31,739 bases of DNA from a virus (taxonomy: Duplodnaviria; Caudoviricetes): positions 1 through 31,739 of IMG/VR virus record IMGVR_UViG_3300020043_002259; one strand, given 5' to 3'. This document shows, in pieces, positions 24,745 through 31,739 of this stretch. The notes beneath the pieces were generated by a model. That model did no database searches. It worked only from the letters and a program-made list of their open reading frames with translations, and had not been told where the DNA came from. The first letter of the stretch is position 1. Each line of letters starts with the position of its first letter. The position numbers and the translations under genes are program-made.

Positions 24745-25770
24745 TTACAGGAACTTTTCGGCAATTAGTGCTTTGAGACTCCTTTCATCGGGTGATTTTC
24801 TGAATTGCGCTTCGGCGTTCATAGCCTTGGCTTTAGAAGATGTGACTTCTACTGGTGTTGCTGCTGTTTTAGGAGCTTTCGGAGCAACCTTGACCACCTG
24901 TTTAGCCTTGCCTTTTAGCTTGCTTTCCCTGAGCTTCCGTCCTTCGATCAGGTCTCCAAGGGAAACTTTATAATCTGGGAACTTCTTAATTTCAGGGAAC
25001 TCACGCAAAAGAGCGTTGGCGTACTGGTACTCCTGGCTGCTACGATCCTTCCAAAACGGATAAGCCTTGTCTGCTTCAGCATCAAACTGCTTTTTGGCGG
25101 CAAGATACTGCAACTGAGCAGGCAAATGTTCTTCAATGGCATCAACAGCGTTCATTTTAATCCTTCGCATATCTTCTGCGGAGTATTCAACTTCTTCACC
25201 ATCCTTGCCTTTGACAACAGCACCGTCTGGATTTTCCTCTGCCCATCTGCGTACTTGTCGGGCGTTTCTGATCTCCTGATGCACATCAGCCTCGTCTTGG
25301 AGATTGAAGTACGGATTCAAATCCTTTCCGACTGGAACAACTTCCTTCTCAGGCTTTTCAGCCTTTGACTTCAGTTCTTCCGTTTGCTCAGATAGTTCGT
25401 GAAGTTTTGCTTCCAGTTCCTTCTTCTGCGCAACGAGTTTATCAATGCGCTTCTGAACTCCCTTTGGCATCTTCTTGAGGTCATCCTTGGCCTCATCTTC
25501 CTTGTCCTCGTCTTCGTCCGCTTCTTCAGCGTCTTCTGTTTCGGTTTCGGGAGATTCGGTTTCTGATTCCTCCGACTCGGTTTCCTCTGCTTCTTCAGCC
25601 TCAGGAGCTTCGTCTTCGGTTTCATCCTGTGTTTCAGCCTCAGGTTGCTGCTTTTCTTCGTCAGCGAAAAGTGACTGCCTAAGAAGTTGACTCAGGGCGG
25701 CTTCGTCCAGAGGCTTCATCGGTTCCGTGATTTTGGAAGGTTCACTAACCTCGGTTTGGGGTGTTGGCAT
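24745..25770 (-). CDS. Capsid scaffolding protein
   Basis: Acidic N-terminal tract, GVQKRIDKL coiled coil; between portal and capsid genes. Confidence 0.8.
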   Translation of the reverse strand: MPTPQTEVSEPSKITEPMKPLDEAALSQLLRQSLFADEEKQQPEAETQDETEDEAPEAEEAEETESEESETESPETETEDAEEADEDEDKEDEAKDDLKKMPKGVQKRIDKLVAQKKELEAKLHELSEQTEELKSKAEKPEKEVVPVGKDLNPYFNLQDEADVHQEIRNARQVRRWAEENPDGAVVKGKDGEEVEYSAEDMRRIKMNAVDAIEEHLPAQLQYLAAKKQFDAEADKAYPFWKDRSSQEYQYANALLREFPEIKKFPDYKVSLGDLIEGRKLRESKLKGKAKQVVKVAPKAPKTAATPVEVTSSKAKAMNAEAQFRKSPDERSLKALIAEKFL

Positions 25771-25841
25771 AAGCAGAAGGTTTAATGACCATTCAGAGGT
25801 CTAAGAAGGACAGAGTTTGAGATACTCAGAAACTATGTGAA

Positions 25842-25869
25842 AAAGTAAGTTACTCTTGAGGTGCGTCAA
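25842..25869 (-). promoter_or_regulatory. Promoter TTGACG-N16-TACTTT for scaffold/capsid genes
   Basis: Same 16-bp architecture as the other promoters; -10 about 70 nt upstream of the scaffold ATG. Confidence 0.55.
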
Positions 25870-26101
25870 GGGTCAATTCAACAAGGGCTTTTTCGGCGTA
25901 TGTTTCAATGACTGAACGAAGGTCAATGATAGCAGCAACCTGTCCTGCGTACCAAGCACGGGTTTCCCCAGTGTTTCCAACATCAACAGCGTTTGCTAAA
26001 GCGTGGTTTTGTTCGGTCTGCATTACTGCCCACAAAGCCTCAAAGAAAGCCTTTGGGCCTTGTTTAAGTGTGAAAGCCTCGATTACTTTATTCTCGTTCA
26101 T
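25850..26101 (-). CDS. Small protein after portal (Bbp19-like position)
   Basis: 83 aa; R...AGQ..AI..L helix typical of small post-portal genes. Confidence 0.6.
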   Translation of the reverse strand: MNENKVIEAFTLKQGPKAFFEALWAVMQTEQNHALANAVDVGNTGETRAWYAGQVAAIIDLRSVIETYAEKALVELTLDAPQE

Positions 26102-28230
26102 GCTGTTGGTTGTCCTGGTTGCTGCTGTCCAAACTCAACTGGCGAGACTCCAAGCCTGCCAATTTGAGCGTTCTGCTGCTGCATCATGGACATTTGAAGG
26201 TTCTTGACATAGTTCTGCATCAGGGCTTGGAACACTGGGTCTTGCTGGGCGGCAGCCTGGGCCTTTGGGTTCTTCGCCATAATGTCTTGAGCGTACTGCA
26301 AGCGAATCTGAGCAGAAGGATCGTTTTCCTTGTAAAGAGGCTCATTGCCAAGCATCATCTGCCCAATGTCAGACTGAACCTCTCTGAACATTTGCTGACT
26401 TGCGTCTGCTTGGTTCATAATCAGATCACGGGCAGACTCAGGCGCAATAGCTTCAATGATCATTTTGATCATAGCATTGCGGTTGAGAACACCACCAGAA
26501 TCAAGAGGAACAACGAACTGTGCGATTGCTTGCAACTTCTTGGCAACCAAGTCATTATCAAGACTTTGGATGTTGAAGCGAAGCATGAAATCAAACCCGC
26601 TTCCGATCTCGCTCATGCTGCTAGGAAGCTGAACTCCGCAAATGCGGAAAACTTCTTCTGGCGGCATATACTGCAAGCAAAGGGCAAACATCTGATTATA
26701 AATCTTCGCCCAAGCTGTAAGCCAGCGATTGACCAACTGCTGCTGCATGAGTTGTGACTTAATCTGAGGAACAGTCACCCTGTTAAGTCCGAAATAGTTG
26801 GCGTGGTTGTTTTCAACTCGCTCAATCAGGTTGAAAGCAGTGGTCGGCGCACGACTAGGAGCCTCAAGCCAAGTATAATCATTGGCGTTGGTGACAGGGA
26901 GTTGAACCCCTGGGCCAATCTTGTTGATCTGGCCGATGCGCTTAACCACCTTCATCGGCGGCAGCGTTTCAAAGGCAGTCCGATCTCGGATTGAGTCGTG
27001 TTGAGCCTTGATTTCGTCCTGATCCGTCATTGAAATCTCAGGGATTCCACGGCTTTCAGTGATTGGTCGGCGCAGAACCTCACGCTTGAACTCTACAAAC
27101 GGATACTCGCCATGAGCATAATCCAGCAGTTCATGCTTGGCGTACAGTTCCTGCTCAACCAGAGGAGAGAAAACGGTGCAGTAGATGGCAGGAACGCCAT
27201 TCTCGTCTAGCTGGCGAGTGTAGGCATACACAATCTCGATCAGGTTGTCTTGACGGATCACTGGACTAGCAGTCAGGCTAGTTATCGTATCCATTGGGTT
27301 AGTGTACCAAGACTGCTTTCCAGCAGTGGTTGCAGCTTGCTCAACGAAGTCCTTATCCCAACCATCCTCATTGATGTTTGACCGAAGCTCTACCTCGGTC
27401 ATGTAAATTCGGCGGAAGATGACGCGAGCTTTTTGCAGGTCAATCGTCTCAGGAGGAAAAGCAACCTCATCAAAAGGTTTCAAAGCAGTTACGCTAGGAA
27501 GATTGCGGCTCACATAGCTTTCTTCAATCTCTCCTTCGCCAGTTTCGCGCAGGTCTTTGACGAACTTCTTAATGTCCTTGATCTTGAAGTCTGGTAAGAC
27601 CATTGAAATCAACTGAACCGCCTGATCCTGAGCCTCTGGATTCGCAATTAACTCAGGAAGTTGCAATAGAGTCTCGCTGCCAGACTGTTGAGCAAGACCA
27701 GCAATTTCTTCCATGCTGATCTTTTGCATACGCTTGCTGATCTGCTGATCCCAGCCAACATTGAACACTGTCCAGCCGTATTGATTGGCATACTGCGCCC
27801 CAAGTTCAGCCTCACGAAGCATATCGTTGCGAAGCTTCTGCTGTGTGACCCAATTCATCAGGGTATTGGCCCCAGAAGCGGTTGCCATATCGTTCATCTC
27901 TGTTGCAGAGACAGTTAACTGGCTACGCTCAAAGCTGGTCGTCATCAAACAAGATAGCTCATTGATCGTTGAATCAACAAGGCGATTGCGAACATCCGAT
28001 GCTCCCTCAAAAGGAAATGCCTGACGGTTATTTGGCAGATTCTCAGAGTGTTTCTTGCCATCGTCAGACTGTCCAGCCCAACGGCAAAAACGAATGTCAT
28101 CAGCAGAGTTAAGAGCTTCAAGCTCACTGGTTGTATAAAGACTGCGGGTTAGTTCCCTCGACAACTCGCCTACATCTGGCGTAGGCGAATAGAACGCAAG
28201 TTTGTCTCCGTTGGTGTACTTTTTTTCCAT
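26098..28230 (-). CDS. Portal protein
   Basis: 710 aa after the terminase; Y.HG.YPFV, SRGIPE, Q.EIK...D...DR motifs; Gln-rich C-terminus. Confidence 0.85.
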   Translation of the reverse strand: MEKKYTNGDKLAFYSPTPDVGELSRELTRSLYTTSELEALNSADDIRFCRWAGQSDDGKKHSENLPNNRQAFPFEGASDVRNRLVDSTINELSCLMTTSFERSQLTVSATEMNDMATASGANTLMNWVTQQKLRNDMLREAELGAQYANQYGWTVFNVGWDQQISKRMQKISMEEIAGLAQQSGSETLLQLPELIANPEAQDQAVQLISMVLPDFKIKDIKKFVKDLRETGEGEIEESYVSRNLPSVTALKPFDEVAFPPETIDLQKARVIFRRIYMTEVELRSNINEDGWDKDFVEQAATTAGKQSWYTNPMDTITSLTASPVIRQDNLIEIVYAYTRQLDENGVPAIYCTVFSPLVEQELYAKHELLDYAHGEYPFVEFKREVLRRPITESRGIPEISMTDQDEIKAQHDSIRDRTAFETLPPMKVVKRIGQINKIGPGVQLPVTNANDYTWLEAPSRAPTTAFNLIERVENNHANYFGLNRVTVPQIKSQLMQQQLVNRWLTAWAKIYNQMFALCLQYMPPEEVFRICGVQLPSSMSEIGSGFDFMLRFNIQSLDNDLVAKKLQAIAQFVVPLDSGGVLNRNAMIKMIIEAIAPESARDLIMNQADASQQMFREVQSDIGQMMLGNEPLYKENDPSAQIRLQYAQDIMAKNPKAQAAAQQDPVFQALMQNYVKNLQMSMMQQQNAQIGRLGVSPVEFGQQQPGQPTA

Positions 28231-28232
28231 GT

Positions 28233-29882
28233 TTAATAACTCCCGATTTGTCCTTGAGGTTGGTAAGTAAGGTTATTGGCGTGGGTCGGATTCATGACAG
28301 CAAGATAACGCAGAACATCTACAGGGTCTTTAGTAGCACCCTTGTCTCCGTCTGCTCCTGTCCACTCTCGTAAAGAGTAGATGATGTTCTTGCATTCTTC
28401 ACTGACATACAGCTTAGGCTCATTCTCAATGGCAAGCAAGGGTTGGTCTTTGTCCCAAGCAAGCCAGTCGTTGATGATGCTAACTCCATCTTCAACTCTT
28501 AGTCCTGCGGCAGGAGTAAACCACATAGGCTCAGGGTCTTCCTGCAACAGGTCAATCAGGCTTGTTCCGCCTTCCTTGCCAATGGCCTGCGTTCCGCCTG
28601 CTCTTGGGTCAATAAATCGGTCTGATATATCTTCGTCTCCTTCTAGTTCACGAATTAACGCTTTGTAATCGTTGATTCCTCGGCCTGCTCCGTTTCGTTG
28701 TGCAGTTCCAGGCTTTCCGTCTGTCTTGTCACCTGGAATTGCCCATTCACCAAGGTCAATCCCTGGCCACTCACGATAAATGAACTTTCTGCCGTGTTCG
28801 TCCACTCTTAACCAGAGCATGAACCAGTTTCTTGCTCCTGCTGGGTCAACTGCCATGTAATTCGTTCCCTTCTCAGGGATTTGGCTTGCTGGGATGATAT
28901 TCCACTCTCCAAACTTAGGGAACTGTGACCCTGCCAAGCTCTCAGCATATCCGTAAGCACGAATCTTGACCTCGTAGTTAGTTCTGCCATGCAATGCTCT
29001 CTTGATTTCATCAAAAGGGCTGTATTTGTTAAGCTCGGAATGAAACCAAATCACCCTGCTTGAAGGATTTCTGCATTTAGCAACATGGGGCATTTCTCCC
29101 TTTGGTAGCCCTGGTACATTGATCGTGTCCTTGAGCATTGAGGCTGGCAGAGACTTTGTAATCATCATGCCAGACACAAACTCCTTAACCACAGAGGTAT
29201 AACCTGAGATGGGCGTAAAGGTAAGAATGATCTTGCCTCGCCTTGTGGCAGTACGATAGCGCAGAGTTCTGAGCCAATCGGCGTTGATTTCCTCATCAAT
29301 CCAGATCAAGTCAACTTCGCCACCTTCGATAACCTTAATGTCCTGCGATTGGTTCAAAAACCAGCACTGAGAACGGTTTGGAAGGACAAAAGTGTTATCT
29401 GTAAAGCCGTTTTTCTGCGTGAAGCCAATGTTTGTGATCTTTGACTTTTTAGCATTCTTAAACTCAGCAGGCAGGTACTTGTAAACAATTGGTTGCTGCA
29501 TCTGCACGCTGCTCATGTTGGTCGTATGAACGCACCAAGCACGCTTGCCAGGGTTACGACTCAAGAACTGAGCAACTCTTTTAGCTGCGTATTCGGTCTT
29601 TGAGGCTCGGTTACCTCCAAAGATCATTAGCTCAGAGGCAGCAGGGTCTTCAATCAGCTCGTCTGCCGTCTTCCAGTGCGGAGGCTCATAGCCGTGCCGA
29701 AACGGATCCATGTGTTCCGCAAGTATTTTATCCTCACGCAACTGCAAAAGCTCACAGGCTCGTTCAATTCCCTTGTTTTTGACGATTGCAGCGATCTGCT
29801 CTGCCGTAGGCGCAACCATAATAGGATGCGGCGTTGGCTGATAACCCTTTAGGGTTTCCTTGGTGACCTCTTTGAAGAACAT
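28233..29882 (-). CDS. terL: Terminase large subunit
   Basis: GGNRASKT Walker A, IWIDEE Walker B, TFTP coupling motif, nuclease domain AVDP...KDPVDVLRY. Confidence 0.92.
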   Translation of the reverse strand: MFFKEVTKETLKGYQPTPHPIMVAPTAEQIAAIVKNKGIERACELLQLREDKILAEHMDPFRHGYEPPHWKTADELIEDPAASELMIFGGNRASKTEYAAKRVAQFLSRNPGKRAWCVHTTNMSSVQMQQPIVYKYLPAEFKNAKKSKITNIGFTQKNGFTDNTFVLPNRSQCWFLNQSQDIKVIEGGEVDLIWIDEEINADWLRTLRYRTATRRGKIILTFTPISGYTSVVKEFVSGMMITKSLPASMLKDTINVPGLPKGEMPHVAKCRNPSSRVIWFHSELNKYSPFDEIKRALHGRTNYEVKIRAYGYAESLAGSQFPKFGEWNIIPASQIPEKGTNYMAVDPAGARNWFMLWLRVDEHGRKFIYREWPGIDLGEWAIPGDKTDGKPGTAQRNGAGRGINDYKALIRELEGDEDISDRFIDPRAGGTQAIGKEGGTSLIDLLQEDPEPMWFTPAAGLRVEDGVSIINDWLAWDKDQPLLAIENEPKLYVSEECKNIIYSLREWTGADGDKGATKDPVDVLRYLAVMNPTHANNLTYQPQGQIGSY

Positions 29883-29889
29883 CTAGGTC

Positions 29890-29916
29890 ACTCTAGCGCA
29901 GGATTCAGGCCGTCAA
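29890..29916 (-). promoter_or_regulatory. Promoter TTGACG-N15-TAGAGT, probably leaderless terL mRNA
   Basis: cTTGACG-N8-cctgcgcTAGAGTg, shared with 390-418; 7 nt to ATG. Confidence 0.6.
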
Positions 29917-30566
29917 GACCTGCTCTGTTCACCACTTAACTTTACCCTTTCCCACTTTAATCCTGCACATAATCCATTTGATTTTAATGATCTAGCTACT
30001 GCTCCTTTATTTAATCCATATGCTAATGATGCTTGTTTTGTGGTTTTAAACAACTCTCCATTGTTGTTTTTTACCATTATTGATGACGGATGGCTCTTGT
30101 TATTGCAATTTTCTGCATGAGTAACAAACCTACAATTATCAGGACTGTATCCTGCATCATTATTGATTCGATCAAGCTCAAGATTTGGATCAAATCCATT
30201 TAACTTTGCCCAGTTCTTGAAATTCAAGTAATCTTGCCACTCTGGACAAACTGTAATTCCTTTTTTGATATAATTTTTGTTTTTGTCCTTACATCTAGAC
30301 CGCATTTGAGTCCATTTCTTGTAAATCTGATGATCAATTGTTCCATTAGCATGACTGTCACCATGCTTTAAAGATGCTTTACTAATTTTTAAAGGTTTTT
30401 GGCATCCACAATCAGTGTTATTTCCTGACTTTAAATTAGGCCTGGCGATTATCGCAGTTCCATTGCAAAGTAAACATTTGCAAACCCATTTGGAGTTATG
30501 GCCAGCAACTGGATGTTTGTGTAAGACAACAAGATTTCCAAATTTTGTTCCTGTAAGATCACTCAT
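29913..30566 (-). CDS. Free-standing HNH-type homing endonuclease
   Basis: DLTG.KFG.L.V...W.C.C..C......NL.SG...CGC, W..M..RC, GI.VC.EW, LDRINND.GYSPDNCRF motifs; visibly more AT-rich than flanks. Confidence 0.8.
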   Translation of the reverse strand: MSDLTGTKFGNLVVLHKHPVAGHNSKWVCKCLLCNGTAIIARPNLKSGNNTDCGCQKPLKISKASLKHGDSHANGTIDHQIYKKWTQMRSRCKDKNKNYIKKGITVCPEWQDYLNFKNWAKLNGFDPNLELDRINNDAGYSPDNCRFVTHAENCNNKSHPSSIMVKNNNGELFKTTKQASLAYGLNKGAVARSLKSNGLCAGLKWERVKLSGEQSRS

Positions 30567-30595
30567 GTCTTACCATTCCACCCATTTAACCCCTG

Positions 30596-30883
30596 TCAAC
30601 TGTTTTTCCACTTTGTGGCAGCCCAATATGCGGCAGACATTTTTCCTTTAGCAATGTTTTTTCCGTGTCTAGCAAAAAATGACTCTCGTCTATTTTTATC
30701 AGCCTCACTCTCGCCCTTCTTGTAAGGGCTTCCAGAGACTCCCTGTTGGCCAAAGCGGATGGTTTTCACCTGATCACCAGCCTTGGCGACTACAACATGG
30801 CTTTTGGTGGGATGGCTAGGGGTGCGTTTAGGCTGGTTATAGCCCGAAACACCTGCGTTCTTGAGCCTGGGGTCAGTTTTCAT
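30596..30883 (-). CDS. Small basic phage protein (DUF5754-like)
   Basis: YN.PKRTP.HPTKSH.V......K.IRFGQQG...RR.SF.ARH...SAAYWA pattern. Confidence 0.7.
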   Translation of the reverse strand: MKTDPRLKNAGVSGYNQPKRTPSHPTKSHVVVAKAGDQVKTIRFGQQGVSGSPYKKGESEADKNRRESFFARHGKNIAKGKMSAAYWAATKWKNS

Positions 30884-31052
30884 CGTTTCTCAGTAGTCCT
30901 GTGTTCAGCTTTTCAAACAAATCTTCGGCAAAGTCCGTGTCATGGCCCATATCAACGAGGCAATCTAGCCAGTCGTTCCAGTAAATGTCAACGAACTGCG
31001 CCAGTGCATTCAACTCCTGCACTGAAAAACGGTTCTGGTCGTTTGCTTTCAC
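30873..31052 (-). CDS. Hypothetical acidic protein (59 aa)
   Basis: Manual translation from GTG: MKANDQNRFSVQELNALAQFVDIYWNDWLDCLVDMGHDTDFAEDLFEKLNTGLLRNDEN; starts 6 nt after a -10 box. Confidence 0.6.
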   Translation of the reverse strand: MKANDQNRFSVQELNALAQFVDIYWNDWLDCLVDMGHDTDFAEDLFEKLNTGLLRNDEN

Positions 31053-31058
31053 GACTGA

Positions 31059-31101
31059 AAGCTAGATCAACCCTTGACGCTGGCAAGAGTTGGGTTAAAA
31101 T
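31059..31101. promoter_or_regulatory. Overlapping divergent promoters
   Basis: Minus: TTGCCA(31081-31086)-N16-TAGCTT(31059-31064). Plus: TTGACG(31074-31079)-N16-TAAAAT(31096-31101). Confidence 0.65.
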
Positions 31102-31164
31102 CTTTAGTAAATCAAAAGGTTTTACTTGAGAAGAAGTCAAAACCGACCTAGGTAAACAAGCTCA

Positions 31165-31200
31165 GGTCGAACTGTATTCTTCTCTACAGTTCGGCCTTTT
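31165..31200 (+). terminator. Terminator/attenuator hairpin
   Basis: GGTCGAACTGTA-ttcttctc-TACAGTTCGGCC-TTTT. Confidence 0.65.
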
Positions 31201-31495
31201 GCTTTTGTCCAATCCCTCTGGGCGACATAACGGTAGAACTCCTAAGAAGACAATTCGGGCCGTTGAGGATTTCGGCGTGTAATGGACAGCAGATCAGTTA
31301 CACGAAAGGCGCACCAGCAATGGTGGGTTGCTTTTACACCGTTCGACCTGTGTGCTACTGAGCCAGCCGAGCAGGAAGGTGTAATGACAATGCGAAAGAA
31401 ACTCCCGATTCCCGACAGAATGAGAGTCTCTAGAGCATAGCAGTTATCCAATAATGGGATTGCTATGCTCTGAAACAGCCCTCAAGCCCTCTAGA

Positions 31496-31739
31496 ATGAG
31501 TAGCCTACCAACAATTCCAGTGCCAAGTAAGCCTTCCGAGTTTGAGCTACAGGCTGAACTCTACTTTGAGCTAAAGCGAAAGGGCTTAGATGTAAGAGGC
31601 GAAGTTTCTTCCAGACTTAACGGAAGGAAAAGCATCTTCGACCTTGCGATCTTTGTTAACAAGCAAGCAGCAGTGATTATCGAAGTCAAAAACTCGCCAT
31701 GTTTAGCACTGTTAAATGGGAAACAGACCAGGCAAGCCA
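31496..31739 (+). CDS. PD-(D/E)xK nuclease-like protein, truncated at window edge
   Basis: Manual translation MSSLPTIPVPSKPSEFELQAELYFELKRKGLDVRGEV...IFDLAIF...IIEVKNS...; E...Q, D and EVK catalytic pattern. Confidence 0.7.
   Translation, partial: MSSLPTIPVPSKPSEFELQAELYFELKRKGLDVRGEVSSRLNGRKSIFDLAIFVNKQAAVIIEVKNSPCLALLNGKQTRQA

Noticed and set aside
25475-25640. Low-complexity TCT/TTC-rich tract
   Set aside because: Encodes the Glu/Asp-rich region of the scaffolding protein.
2247-29882. Stop-codon reassignment
   Set aside because: All core genes are full-length in the standard code and tightly coupled.
848-31129. Numerous plus-strand ORFs in the track (e.g. 1664..2269, 12002..12616, 26110..26757, 30746..31129)
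   Set aside because: Antisense shadows of well-supported minus-strand genes, with no recognisable motifs.
31242-31451. 69-aa minus-strand ORF
   Set aside because: No motifs; overlaps a structured region better explained as plus-strand non-coding RNA. Not strictly excluded.
31108-31471. Group I intron, tRNA or tmRNA
   Set aside because: No convincing P7 core, interrupted exon, T-loop cloverleaf or tag reading frame found by eye.

Overview
Most of the genome of a tailed dsDNA phage, probably a podovirus: no tape-measure, sheath or long-tail genes are seen, but P22/T7-style tail-tube and internal ejection proteins are. Almost everything is on the minus strand. In transcription order (right to left): small proteins and an HNH-type homing endonuclease; terminase large subunit, portal, scaffold and major capsid; adaptor and fibre proteins; a lysis cassette (three small membrane proteins and an M15 L-Ala-D-Glu peptidase); tail tube/nozzle, fibre and internal virion proteins, ending in a 1428-aa polyvalent-type protein; a metallophosphoesterase; a recombination module (AAA_24/Sak4-like ATPase, RecE-like nuclease, SSB-like protein, resolvase); a YdaU/DUF1376 initiator with internal iterons plus DnaB; then small early-type genes with repeated promoters and terminators. 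No DNA polymerase, integrase or clear repressor is visible. The most striking non-coding feature is a complete type II hammerhead ribozyme (1675-1726, minus strand) between two early genes. Three other structured RNA candidates are present (4239-4332, 5582-5680, 31108-31471), as is a family of 15-16-bp-spacer promoters, several apparently leaderless. All family assignments come from motif recognition, not database searches.
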